Origin: Candidatus Omnitrophota bacterium
GTDB lineage: Bacteria > Omnitrophota > Omnitrophia > Omnitrophales > Aquincolibacteriaceae
NCBI GenBank assembly: GCA_022709525.1
Contig: JAKLIQ010000003.1
Location: 65,771 to 129,770 of the forward strand
Direction: 5' to 3'
DNA: 64,000 nt
Shown: piece after piece, positions 10,364 to 19,424 of the stretch
How positions within the stretch are numbered: position 1 is the stretch's first letter
How the letters are laid out: the number at the start of each line of letters is the position of its first letter
Translations under genes and position numbers: made by a program
Notes under the pieces: model-generated
Seen by the model: only the letters and a program-made list of their open reading frames with translations
Databases searched by the model: none
Told to the model about the DNA's origin: nothing

Positions 10364-10368
10364 AGATT

Positions 10369-12765
10369 ATGAAAAAAGAAAGAATCAACGAGATCTGGGG
10401 AGTTTTTTTTCTGCTTTTGGGGCTTTTCACTTTCGCGAGCCTCTTTTTCTATCACGCCGAAGATATCGCGTTCTATTCTTCGCATCCAACAACGCCCGCC
10501 GCCAATTACGCGGGGGTTTTCGGGGCTTATCTCGCGTTCGGGCTTTTTCTTGTTTTTGGCGTAAGTGCTTTTATCATCCCGTTCGTTTTCCTGCTTTGGG
10601 CGGAATGTTTTTTCCTTCAAAAAGTCCCGGAGCGGAAACTTTTTAAATTTTTAGGTCTTGGGATCGCGCTCCTTTCCGTCGCGACGCTTGTCGCGATCAC
10701 CGTCGGTCCGGCGCAACGCTTTGTTTACGGAGGCGCGTTCGGTTATGTGGCCGGGAACCATCTCCTGCGTTATTTTGGCCGTCTCGGAAGCTATATTCTT
10801 GCCGGCTCGGCATTGCTTTTGTCGCTTCTTCTGGCTACCGATTTTCTTCTTTACCCGCTGTTCCGCTCGATCCTTGAAAAGTGCCAGGATCTTTTTGCCG
10901 CCTTCACCGCCAAATCTTCAAAAGGTCCGAAAAAGAACGGGAGTATTTTTACGCTGGCTCAAAAAGAACAGGAAAAACCCTCAAAAGATCTGAAACTCAA
11001 GGAAAAAGAGAAAGAAAGACCGGCCCAGCGTATGCCGGATATTCCGCTGAAGATCAAAACCTACCAGCCTGCCGCTGGCATGTCAGAAGACAAGCCGCGT
11101 CAGGAGAAAAAGATCGCTAAGGAAGAACCTAAAGAAGCTCCGAAGAAGCCCGTTGTTCCGCCACCGCCCAAAACAGAAACGCCGGCCAAAGAAAAATCGG
11201 CCGAAACGCCTTTTGCCGGCGAAGCTTCCTTTAAAGGCGTGATCGGCTCCCAGCCGAAGGCGGACGCGAATTATCAGTTCCCGTCACCGGACCTCTTGAA
11301 ACGCCCGACAGATGAAAAACTCGAAGGCGACGATCTGGCGGCCAACTCCAAAGCCATTGAAGCGACGCTTGCCGAGTTCGGGATCGAAGCCAAGGTGGTT
11401 GAAGTTGAACAGGGTCCCAAGATCACGCTTTATGAGGTCCTTCCGGCGCCCGGTGTCCGGGCTAATTCGATCTCCGCTTATGAAGATGATATCGCGATGG
11501 CGTTAAAGGCAACGAGTATCCGTATGATCATTCCGATCCCCGGCAAACAAACGATCGGGATCGAAGTGCCGAATTCCATTTCGCGGGCGATCCTTGTCCG
11601 TGAAATGATCGAGAATTCCGATTTCCGTTCGCGCAAATGCGTCCTGCCGTTGATCCTCGGGAAAGATACGGGCGGCAAGCCGATGATCGCGGACCTTACC
11701 GCGATGCCGCACATTTTGATCGCGGGAACAACAGGAAGCGGTAAGACCGTCTGCATTAATTCCATTATCGCCGGATTTCTTTATCATTGCACGCCTTCCC
11801 AGCTCAAGCTTGTCATGATCGATCCGAAAATGGTGGAACTCGCCGTTTATAACAAGATCCCGCATATGCTTTCGCCGGTCGTGACGGATGTCCGCAAAGC
11901 CGCAAACACCCTAAACTGGGTCGTGATGGAAATGGAAAAGCGCTACCGGCTTTTTTCCAAAGTGGGCGTCAGGAACATCCACGGGTTCAATAACCGCGAA
12001 CTTTCCGAAGAGGGGATTCAGGAGGTTCAGGATGCCGGCGACTCGGAGAATGTTGTGCCGGCCTCCATCCCTTATATCGTGGTCATTATTGACGAGCTTG
12101 CTGACTTGATGCTTGTGGCGCAGGACAAAGTGGAAACGGCCATCACGCGCCTCGCGCAACTTTCGCGCGCGGTCGGCATTCACCTGATCTTGGCGACCCA
12201 GCGACCTTCAGTCGATGTCATTACCGGCGTTATCAAAGCGAACTTTCCCGCCCGCGTCGCGTTCAAGGTCGCCTCAGTTGTGGACTCGAGGACGATCCTG
12301 GATAACAAAGGTGCCGACCGGCTTTTAGGCCGCGGCGATATGCTTTTTATCCAGCCGGGAAGTGACAATATGATCCGCGGCCAAGCGCCACTCATTGTCG
12401 ATGAAGAGATCAATCGCCTCGTGAGCTTTGTGTCCCAACAAGGCAAGCCGGAATATCACTCGGAGATCCAAGTCGCGCAGAGCGGCCTCGCGCAGGGCAG
12501 CGCCGGCGAAAAAGACGAAGTTTTTGAAGAAGCGAAGAGGATCGTCCTGACGACGCGTAAGGCATCGACTTCCTATCTGCAGCGCCGGCTTAGCTTAGGT
12601 TATGCGCGCGCAGCGCGCGTCGTGGATCAGCTTGAAGCCGAGGGCGTGATCGGCCCTCAGGACGGCGCCAAACCCCGCGAGATCCTTCTTCCAAATCCAG
12701 CCGGCGAATATCCCGAAGCGACGCCTGCCGGCAGCTCCGAGACGGGCGAAGAAGATAACGCTTAG
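10369..12765 (+). CDS. ftsK: DNA translocase FtsK/SpoIIIE
   Basis: 798 aa; N-terminal TM segments, P/K-rich linker, Walker A GTTGSGKT, C-terminal gamma (winged-helix) domain SYLQRRLSLGYARAARVVDQLE. Confidence 0.92.
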   Translation: MKKERINEIWGVFFLLLGLFTFASLFFYHAEDIAFYSSHPTTPAANYAGVFGAYLAFGLFLVFGVSAFIIPFVFLLWAECFFLQKVPERKLFKFLGLGIALLSVATLVAITVGPAQRFVYGGAFGYVAGNHLLRYFGRLGSYILAGSALLLSLLLATDFLLYPLFRSILEKCQDLFAAFTAKSSKGPKKNGSIFTLAQKEQEKPSKDLKLKEKEKERPAQRMPDIPLKIKTYQPAAGMSEDKPRQEKKIAKEEPKEAPKKPVVPPPPKTETPAKEKSAETPFAGEASFKGVIGSQPKADANYQFPSPDLLKRPTDEKLEGDDLAANSKAIEATLAEFGIEAKVVEVEQGPKITLYEVLPAPGVRANSISAYEDDIAMALKATSIRMIIPIPGKQTIGIEVPNSISRAILVREMIENSDFRSRKCVLPLILGKDTGGKPMIADLTAMPHILIAGTTGSGKTVCINSIIAGFLYHCTPSQLKLVMIDPKMVELAVYNKIPHMLSPVVTDVRKAANTLNWVVMEMEKRYRLFSKVGVRNIHGFNNRELSEEGIQEVQDAGDSENVVPASIPYIVVIIDELADLMLVAQDKVETAITRLAQLSRAVGIHLILATQRPSVDVITGVIKANFPARVAFKVASVVDSRTILDNKGADRLLGRGDMLFIQPGSDNMIRGQAPLIVDEEINRLVSFVSQQGKPEYHSEIQVAQSGLAQGSAGEKDEVFEEAKRIVLTTRKASTSYLQRRLSLGYARAARVVDQLEAEGVIGPQDGAKPREILLPNPAGEYPEATPAGSSETGEEDNA

Positions 12766-12860
12766 ACCCCGAAGCTTTTTATTTTCATTCATTCCAAAGG
12801 TTTTCTTCTCCGCCACTCGCTTTTTTTGTATAATACGGCCTCGGATCAAAAGGTATTTTT

Positions 12861-13484
12861 ATGACCAGTTCGGCTTCCTTACAAGCCCCGCACAACGAAA
12901 AAAAAATCCTGCTTCATTGCTGCTGCGCCCCGTGTTCTTGTTCCATCATCCAGCGGATGCTGGATGCCGGGCTTGAGCCCACGCTTTTTTTTTATAACCC
13001 CAATATCTACCCGCCGGAAGAATACACGCGCCGCAAAGGAGAAGTTCTCCGCTACGCCAAGAAAAAAGGGGTTCCGGTTGCAGACACCGATTATGAACCT
13101 GAAACATGGCTTGAAAAAACAAAGGGATACGAAGCCGAAGCCGAGCGCGGAAAACGGTGCGATCTTTGTTTTGAGATGCGGCTCGGCAAAGCGGCGGCTT
13201 ATGCCGCTGCGCACGGATTTAAGGTTTTTACGACGAGTCTCGGGATCTCGCGATGGAAGGACCTTGCCCAGGTGAACCGCGCGGGGGAGCGGGCGGCCGC
13301 GCTTTTTCCGGGATTGACTTATTGGGCCCATAACTGGCGGCTTCAGGGCGGGCAGGAACAAATGGAACAGATCTCCAGGGAGGAGAGCTTCTACCGTCAG
13401 CGTTATTGCGGCTGTCTTTATTCGCTTCGTGAATCCATACGCCGGGGACTCACCCGATTATCGGAGAATCACCCAGCCCGATAA
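12861..13484 (+). CDS. queH: epoxyqueuosine reductase QueH (DUF208)
   Basis: 207 aa; LLHCCCAPCS and CDLCFEMR, CGC cysteine motifs characteristic of QueH. Confidence 0.7.
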   Translation: MTSSASLQAPHNEKKILLHCCCAPCSCSIIQRMLDAGLEPTLFFYNPNIYPPEEYTRRKGEVLRYAKKKGVPVADTDYEPETWLEKTKGYEAEAERGKRCDLCFEMRLGKAAAYAAAHGFKVFTTSLGISRWKDLAQVNRAGERAAALFPGLTYWAHNWRLQGGQEQMEQISREESFYRQRYCGCLYSLRESIRRGLTRLSENHPAR

Positions 13485-13801
13485 AGGATCACATGCGCTT
13501 TTTCAAGCGTGATGAGGCCTTCTTTGACCATGGGGTCAAGAAGAGGCAGGAATTTCGCGATCTTTTCTTCACTGTCCACGATCTCGATCACGATGGGAAG
13601 ATCTTCCGAAAGCCGCAGGAGCTTCGTTGTGTGCAAGTGGCTTTTGCCGCCAAAACCCATAAAACCTTTGAGCGCGGTCGCCCCGGCCATTCCTTCTTTT
13701 TTGGCAAGAAGCACGATCGCTTCATAAAGCGGTTGCCCCTGCCACTTATCCGCTTCGCCAATAAAGATCCGGAGAAGCTTTCCATCGGACGGTAATTTCA
13801 T
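13469..13801 (-). CDS. DUF190 (PII-like) protein, CrcB-associated
   Basis: 110 aa; immediately downstream of crcB in same orientation; family recall is from memory. Confidence 0.55.
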   Translation of the reverse strand: MKLPSDGKLLRIFIGEADKWQGQPLYEAIVLLAKKEGMAGATALKGFMGFGGKSHLHTTKLLRLSEDLPIVIEIVDSEEKIAKFLPLLDPMVKEGLITLEKAHVILYRAG

Positions 13802-13811
13802 CGAATCCTCC

Positions 13812-14186
13812 CTAGATGATTTTTCCTAAAAGGATGCCGGCGCGAAGCGCCAGAAATCCCACAAGAACGCTTAGAGCGACGTTCATGAACGCGCGAAGAT
13901 TTTCCCCGTCCCTCATTAGATTGGCGGTTTCCAGTATGAACGTGGAAAAAGTGGTATAAGCGCCGCAAAAACCGATCATTAAAAAAACACGCGCCGCCGG
14001 CCCGAGCAGGAATTTTTCTTCACTAAGGATCGTAAGGAACCCTATCAGGAAACAGCCGGTAAGATTCACGATGAGGGTGCCGTAGGGGAACGAAGCGCCC
14101 CAAGCCCTGTAAACGGCTCCGGCCAGCAGGTAACGGGCGAAAGTTCCGAGGATGCCGCCTGAGGCCAGTCCGATCCACTTCATCAT
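13812..14186 (-). CDS. crcB: fluoride ion channel CrcB/Fluc
   Basis: 124 aa, 4 TM; GTLIVNLTGCFLIG and GFCGAYTTFSTF signature. Confidence 0.88.
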   Translation of the reverse strand: MMKWIGLASGGILGTFARYLLAGAVYRAWGASFPYGTLIVNLTGCFLIGFLTILSEEKFLLGPAARVFLMIGFCGAYTTFSTFILETANLMRDGENLRAFMNVALSVLVGFLALRAGILLGKII

Positions 14187-14200
14187 AGAAAATCCTCTCG

Positions 14201-14767
14201 CTACTTTTTTTTGCCGATCAGGAAGGCCTGTCCGAGGAATTTACCGGTCGCATAATAGGCGCTTGTGCTCGGATCGAACATAAAAGCCTTCATTTTTTCG
14301 GGGTCGGGAAAGCCCTTCGCGTTCAAAGCTGATTCTTCGACTTTAATGTCCTTGATCTCTCCGATGAACTGGGTGTGGATCCCGAGTTTGTGAGTCGCCT
14401 TAAGAGCGCATTCCAGCACGACGGGGAATTCTTTGATGTAAGGGGCGTCTACAAGGTCGCTTTTAACCGGAGTAAGGCCGGTCGCCTTAAACTTGTCTTC
14501 AGTCTTCCCGGAAACGATGCCGAAATAATCGGCTTCTTTCATGTGTTTTTCCGAAGGGATGTTTATCGTGAACGCCTTTTTTTCCATGATGTTCTCGTAG
14601 GTTTTCCGGTGGTCGCGCACCGAGATGGCGACGCAGGGCGGTTCGGAGCATGCGATTCCGCCCCACGCCACGTTCATGGCATTCGGGACCCCTTGGGCAT
14701 CATAGGTGCAAACGATAAGCACAGGCGTTGGGAAAAGAACAGGTTTCGGGCCGATTGATTTTTTCAT
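14201..14767 (-). CDS. flavin reductase-like (FMN-binding split-barrel) domain protein
   Basis: 188 aa; paralogous to 24109..24642 product (shared FKATGLTPVK / FKAFGLTPVK, ECALKA / ECKV). Confidence 0.6.
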   Translation of the reverse strand: MKKSIGPKPVLFPTPVLIVCTYDAQGVPNAMNVAWGGIACSEPPCVAISVRDHRKTYENIMEKKAFTINIPSEKHMKEADYFGIVSGKTEDKFKATGLTPVKSDLVDAPYIKEFPVVLECALKATHKLGIHTQFIGEIKDIKVEESALNAKGFPDPEKMKAFMFDPSTSAYYATGKFLGQAFLIGKKK

Positions 14768-14788
14768 GACCTACCTCCTTGCTTGGAA

Positions 14789-15535
14789 TTAACGTCCTTT
14801 AAGATCCAGTAGTTTTGTTTTTTTCTTCAGGAAGCGCAGGGTCAAATAGATCAAAAGCCCCGTTCCAAAAAAGATCCACCAGAAAAGATCGACGCTTTTT
14901 TGACGTTCGATCACAAGGTCGGCAAGCACCCCGAGGATCGTAAAAACCGTGACGATCCCAAAAAAACTCGAATGTTCCCGGCGAAGCACCGTTTTCCATT
15001 CAAAAGGAAGATCTGGTTTTTCCCAGCCACGGAATTTCGGGAAAGCCATAGGCGTTTTGTTGGACCAAGCGGTAAAAGTATCCCCGAATTTTTCCCTCAG
15101 GAACTCTTCTTCGGTATAAATGATCCTTTCGTAATAACGCCAAAAAACGATCGATCCAATGATGACAAACCACCAAACCTGGGTGAAAAGAAGCACTCCC
15201 AGCACAAGCAGGTAATTGCCGAGATAAAGCGGATTCCTTACGATGGAATACATTCCCTTTGTATTAAGGCTTTCCGCGACCTGGCGTTCCACATTACGCC
15301 CGGAAGTTCCTTTCGGGACGTATCCGGCGACAAGGCATCGGACGATAAGACCGGCCAAGGATATCAAGATACAGAACGCCTCCCAGAAGCTGTCGAACCG
15401 GTCCCCGAAAAGACGTTTTGTGTATTGAGTGTCAAAAAGCGCGAGAATGACCACCGGGATGGCCAGGAAGGGAAGATAGCTGCGCCAGCGGAAAAGAAAA
15501 GCTCCTTGTTTTTTATAGGTCTCTCGAAGTCCCAT
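14789..15535 (-). CDS. ICMT/PEMT-family membrane methyltransferase-like protein
   Basis: 248 aa polytopic; RNPLYLGNYL motif resembling isoprenylcysteine carboxyl/phospholipid methyltransferases. Confidence 0.5.
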   Translation of the reverse strand: MGLRETYKKQGAFLFRWRSYLPFLAIPVVILALFDTQYTKRLFGDRFDSFWEAFCILISLAGLIVRCLVAGYVPKGTSGRNVERQVAESLNTKGMYSIVRNPLYLGNYLLVLGVLLFTQVWWFVIIGSIVFWRYYERIIYTEEEFLREKFGDTFTAWSNKTPMAFPKFRGWEKPDLPFEWKTVLRREHSSFFGIVTVFTILGVLADLVIERQKSVDLFWWIFFGTGLLIYLTLRFLKKKTKLLDLKGR

Positions 15536-15553
15536 GATCCCTTCCTTTCCGGG

Positions 15554-15883
15554 TCACCATTTTTTAAAGATGAAAAAAACGGCGATGATCATGAAACCAA
15601 AGCCGACTAAGTAATTCCACTTCAATTCTTCCTTAAGATAAAAGACAGAGAACCCGCAAAAAACAACGAGTGTGATCACTTCCTGGATCGTTTTAAGCTG
15701 GGCCGTCGAGAAATGATACGACCCGATCCGGTTCGCGGGGACCTGAAAACAGTATTCCACGAAGGCGATAAGCCAGCTGATCATGATCACCTTCCAGAGC
15801 GCCGCGCTCCGGAATCGGAGATGCCCGTACCAGGCCGCGGTCATAAAAACGTTGGAAGCGATTAAAAGGGCGATCGCTCTCAT
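15554..15883 (-). CDS. DMT-superfamily small membrane protein (DUF486-like)
   Basis: ~109 aa from ATG just after dedA stop; 4 TM; SNVFMTAAWYGHL motif. Confidence 0.5.
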   Translation of the reverse strand: MRAIALLIASNVFMTAAWYGHLRFRSAALWKVIMISWLIAFVEYCFQVPANRIGSYHFSTAQLKTIQEVITLVVFCGFSVFYLKEELKWNYLVGFGFMIIAVFFIFKKW

Positions 15884-16509
15884 GCGGCAGGTTTTTTCCT
15901 CGAATGAAACCATTCTTTGATGATAGGCAGGATCGAGAGAAAAATGACCACGGCGATGACCCAGTGGATCTTTTTTTCGATGTTCGGGATCGAACGGCCT
16001 AAGATGAAACCCACAAGCGTCATACTAATGATCCAGAGGATGCCTCCCGCAACATTGTAGAAAAGGAACTTTCTGTAGTCCATTTTCCCGACCCCCGCCA
16101 CGGTCGGCGCAAAGGTCCGGACGATCGGGACAAAGCGCGCGATCACGATCGTTTTGGGACCGTATTTGTCGTAGAACTTCTGGGTCCGGACCAGATGGTC
16201 CTTATGGAAGAAAAAGGAATCAGTGCGGTTAAAAAGTCTCGGGCCGAAGTGATAGCCGATCCAATAGCCCGTGCTGTCGCCAACGATCGCCGCCGCCGAA
16301 AGCAAGGGGATCAAGACCCAAATATTCAGCGCGTTATCCACGGCCGCAAGAAGCCCCGCCGTTACCAGCAGGGAATCTCCGGGGAGAAAAAAACCGGCCA
16401 AAAGCCCCGTTTCAGCGTAAATAATAATCACCAGAACAAGGTAACCGCCCCAGCGGATCAGTTCTTCAAAGTGATAAAGTTTTGAAAAGAATTCTTGCAG
16501 CCATTCCAT
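15880..16509 (-). CDS. DedA family (VTT/SNARE-associated domain) membrane protein
   Basis: GYLVLVIIIYAETGLLAGFFLPGDSLL motif typical of DedA; alternative GTG start at 16518. Confidence 0.8.
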   Translation of the reverse strand: MEWLQEFFSKLYHFEELIRWGGYLVLVIIIYAETGLLAGFFLPGDSLLVTAGLLAAVDNALNIWVLIPLLSAAAIVGDSTGYWIGYHFGPRLFNRTDSFFFHKDHLVRTQKFYDKYGPKTIVIARFVPIVRTFAPTVAGVGKMDYRKFLFYNVAGGILWIISMTLVGFILGRSIPNIEKKIHWVIAVVIFLSILPIIKEWFHSRKKPAA

Positions 16510-16527
16510 AGAAAGCACAATTCCCGG

Positions 16528-16995
16528 TTAACGGTTTAAAAGAAAGATCCCGAGGTTCAGGCCGCTTGCGAATGTCACCCAAAGAAGGTACGGGATCAAC
16601 ATAAGAGCGGCCAGGATCGAAACCTTGAAAAATCGCGTTATTGTAACCAAGATCATCGCCCAAAGGAACAAAATATCCACGAGCCCGGAAAGAGGAGAGC
16701 GAAGCCCGAAAAAAAGGAAAGACCACGATACGTTCAAGATCAGCTGGATAAGGAATGCTACGAGCGCCGACCGGACCGGCGGATTTTTTAGCCCTCGACG
16801 CCAAACAAGAGCCGCGGCGATCCCCATCAGGATATAAAGGGCTGTCCAGACGGGAGCGAAGAGCCAGTTGGGCGGCGAAAAAGAAGGTTTGTTCAAAGCC
16901 GCGTACCAGTCCGGGATCGCGGAAGCGGTAAAAAACGATCCCGCTGCTCCTGCGGATAAGCACAAAAGAACACAAAAAATAAGTTTAGCGAGCAT
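16528..16995 (-). CDS. tspO: TspO/MBR tryptophan-rich sensory protein
   Basis: 155 aa from second Met; WYAALNKPSFSPPNWLFAPVWTALYILMG signature. Confidence 0.85.
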   Translation of the reverse strand: MLAKLIFCVLLCLSAGAAGSFFTASAIPDWYAALNKPSFSPPNWLFAPVWTALYILMGIAAALVWRRGLKNPPVRSALVAFLIQLILNVSWSFLFFGLRSPLSGLVDILFLWAMILVTITRFFKVSILAALMLIPYLLWVTFASGLNLGIFLLNR

Positions 16996-18631
16996 AGGAA
17001 AACCCTCCCCGGATCCGGATGGCTTTGTTTTCAAGTGTTTTGATAGTATCAAGTTTCCGCCATAATTGAAAGAACACTTCGGGTTTAAATTTTATGACCG
17101 GCTCGAAGCCTTTCTGGGTTCGGGCATAAAAGATCTTTTCTTTCAGCAATTTTCTTAGGATCTCCGCTCCTATCCCGGAACGAACCCCTTCTTTCGCGGC
17201 GATTTCGAGCGCTTTTGAAAGCGGAACCTTCGGGGCGGAAAAAGGGATGCCTTTTAGAAAATTAAGGATACGCGTGATCACAAAAAGCGTGTAAAGATCG
17301 TCGCGGCCGAATATTCCGGTTTCCACGGCCATGGCCGTAAGCCGGGCCTTAAAAGCGTCCGCTTCGGAACATGCCCTGAAGCGGCCGGCGATCGGGGAAC
17401 CGGGGACCAAATAAAAAGGCGAAGCACCCAGAAGCGCCGGAAGCTTTGCATTAAAAATAAGGGTCCGGACCATGGAAGGGACGTTGTCGCCCGGGAGGCC
17501 CAGGATCTGATAGACGACCGTCTTAAAGCCGAGGGTAGCGGCGTCCCGAACGACTTCGCGATATTTTTTCAAAAAAATCGGCCGGCGGACGGATTTGAGA
17601 AGTTTTACGTTCACGCTCACAAGCGACAGATTCAGATGCGTGAATCCCGCTCGCCTCATAAGTTTGAGGGTCTTGCGATCCAGCGTCCAATAGCAGACCC
17701 CGTTCATGGCGAGGAGCTGGATATCTTTTTTAGGGAAATCCCGGACCAGCTTTTCGCAAAGTTCGGTCATTTCTTTACGGTCAAAGCTAAGATTGTCATC
17801 CTCAAAATCAAAGACGCGATAGCCTTCCTCATAACGCGTTTTGATCTCGGAGAGAATGTCTTCAGCCGAGCGCCGCCGGCATCGATGGCCGAAAGTGTTA
17901 TGGACTGAGCAAAAGCCGCATCGATAGGGGCACCCGCGTGAAGTAATGATGAAGCAGAGAGGTTTTTTTTCGAACAAATAACGACCTTTCGGGAGATCCG
18001 AAAAATCAGGGAATGGCAAGACCTCGATCGGGAAATTTTCTTTTTGAGGATTGAAGATCATTCGCCCGTTCTTTTTATATCCCAGGTTCGGGATTTTTTC
18101 GAATCCTCGGCCGCGTTTCAAACTTTTCAGCAATTCGACAAAAGGACGCTCGCCTTCGCCTCGGATTACAAGATCCACGGCCGGATGCGCGAGCATGGCC
18201 TCCGGCATCGCCGAGACCTGCGAACCGCCGAACAGGATGGGAACGCGGCAATATTTTTTGATCATTTCCGCGCAGCGCAGCGCCTCCCGGTGATACGGCG
18301 CAAAAAGCGAGGCGATCCCGACAAGATCCGGCCTTTCTTTCGCGGTTTCTTTCGCGATCGTTTCAAAATCGGCGCCGAAATGGTAATAGTGATGAAATAA
18401 AGAAAATGGGCTTTTGTCGTCTTTGGAATAATACTCCCTCAAATAGGCGAGGTCGCGCGGAAGGGGGATCGTCCGCCGGCCCCATCCTTGATGGTAATCC
18501 CGGACCGTGACCCGGATCTCAGGAAGATGTTTCTTGGCGGCAGCTTTCAGATAAGCCAAACCGATCGGCTGGAGGCGGATATCAGTATTGTAAAAATCCT
18601 GGACCGGCGGCTGTAAAAGCAGGACCTTCAT
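16985..18631 (-). CDS. B12-binding domain radical SAM protein (class B)
   Basis: N-terminal cobalamin-binding fold (MKVLLLQPP...), radical SAM CPYRCGFC motif. Confidence 0.8.
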   Translation of the reverse strand: MKVLLLQPPVQDFYNTDIRLQPIGLAYLKAAAKKHLPEIRVTVRDYHQGWGRRTIPLPRDLAYLREYYSKDDKSPFSLFHHYYHFGADFETIAKETAKERPDLVGIASLFAPYHREALRCAEMIKKYCRVPILFGGSQVSAMPEAMLAHPAVDLVIRGEGERPFVELLKSLKRGRGFEKIPNLGYKKNGRMIFNPQKENFPIEVLPFPDFSDLPKGRYLFEKKPLCFIITSRGCPYRCGFCSVHNTFGHRCRRRSAEDILSEIKTRYEEGYRVFDFEDDNLSFDRKEMTELCEKLVRDFPKKDIQLLAMNGVCYWTLDRKTLKLMRRAGFTHLNLSLVSVNVKLLKSVRRPIFLKKYREVVRDAATLGFKTVVYQILGLPGDNVPSMVRTLIFNAKLPALLGASPFYLVPGSPIAGRFRACSEADAFKARLTAMAVETGIFGRDDLYTLFVITRILNFLKGIPFSAPKVPLSKALEIAAKEGVRSGIGAEILRKLLKEKIFYARTQKGFEPVIKFKPEVFFQLWRKLDTIKTLENKAIRIRGGFSYAR

Positions 18632-18652
18632 AAAAGATCGCACCAAGCGCAA

Positions 18653-18702
18653 CGTTCGACGCTCAACGCGTTTGTCTTTCGCCGCGCGTTGCGCGCTAAG
18701 CG
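18653..18702 (+). promoter_or_regulatory. cluster of GCKCAACG half-sites in both orientations (gcgcaacg, gctcaacgcg, cgcgttgcgcgc, gcgttgcc) immediately upstream of the radical SAM gene
   Basis: read directly; same motif family recurs at 31338-31408. Confidence 0.4.
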
Positions 18703-19424
18703 TTGCCGGCTAGAAAAAGACATTGTTCCAGATCCTCCGGCAAGGGGGATTCCACCGTAAGGCTTTTTCCGAGGGCGGGATGCGGGAGAACAAGCCGCCA
18801 GGCGTGAAGAAAGAGGCGGCGCAGGCCAAGCGCTTGGCGCAACTCCTTGTTGAACGAAAAATTTCCGTAAAGGCGGTCGCCGGCGACAGGGTGTCCGCGG
18901 AAAGCCGATTGAACACGGATCTGATGCGTTTTCCCCGTGAGAAGCTCGATCTCAAGAAGCGATAGATTAAGTTTTGGAAAGGATTCTTGCGTTTTGTAGT
19001 TAAGAAAAGCGTTCGGACGGCCTGAACGGGCCACCATGCTCCGGATGCTTCCGCCAGATCTTTTCTCGACAAGCGCGTCGCGCCACAGACCTTGAGCCGG
19101 CATCGGTCGCCTTGAAACAAGGGCCACATAGTGTTTTTTAACTTTTCTCTCCTCGAACGACTTGCGGCACGCCTCGGCGCTTTTTTTGTTTTTTACCGCG
19201 AGGAGGATGCCGGAAGTGTCCTGGTCCAGCCGGTGGATAAGCCAAACGGGCCCGCCCGGAGTCTGGAATCTCCGGTCCTCAAGATCGTAAGAACCCTCAA
19301 AAGAGCAGAATGAAATTTTAGCGCCGGGATTGGGGTGCGAAAGGACTCCCTCGGGTTTATCGATGATGATGAGATCCGGGTCTTCAAAAAGGATGGGGCA
19401 TTTTGTTAAAAGAGAAGAGCTCAT
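18696..19424 (-). CDS. RluA-family pseudouridine synthase
   Basis: 242 aa; HRLDQDTSGILL catalytic motif. Confidence 0.85.
   Translation of the reverse strand: MSSSLLTKCPILFEDPDLIIIDKPEGVLSHPNPGAKISFCSFEGSYDLEDRRFQTPGGPVWLIHRLDQDTSGILLAVKNKKSAEACRKSFEERKVKKHYVALVSRRPMPAQGLWRDALVEKRSGGSIRSMVARSGRPNAFLNYKTQESFPKLNLSLLEIELLTGKTHQIRVQSAFRGHPVAGDRLYGNFSFNKELRQALGLRRLFLHAWRLVLPHPALGKSLTVESPLPEDLEQCLFLAGNA

Noticed and set aside
14900-15610. 236-aa plus-strand ORF opposite the ICMT-like gene
   Set aside because: Highly charged low-complexity translation; the minus-strand product has a clear membrane topology and the RNPLYLG motif.
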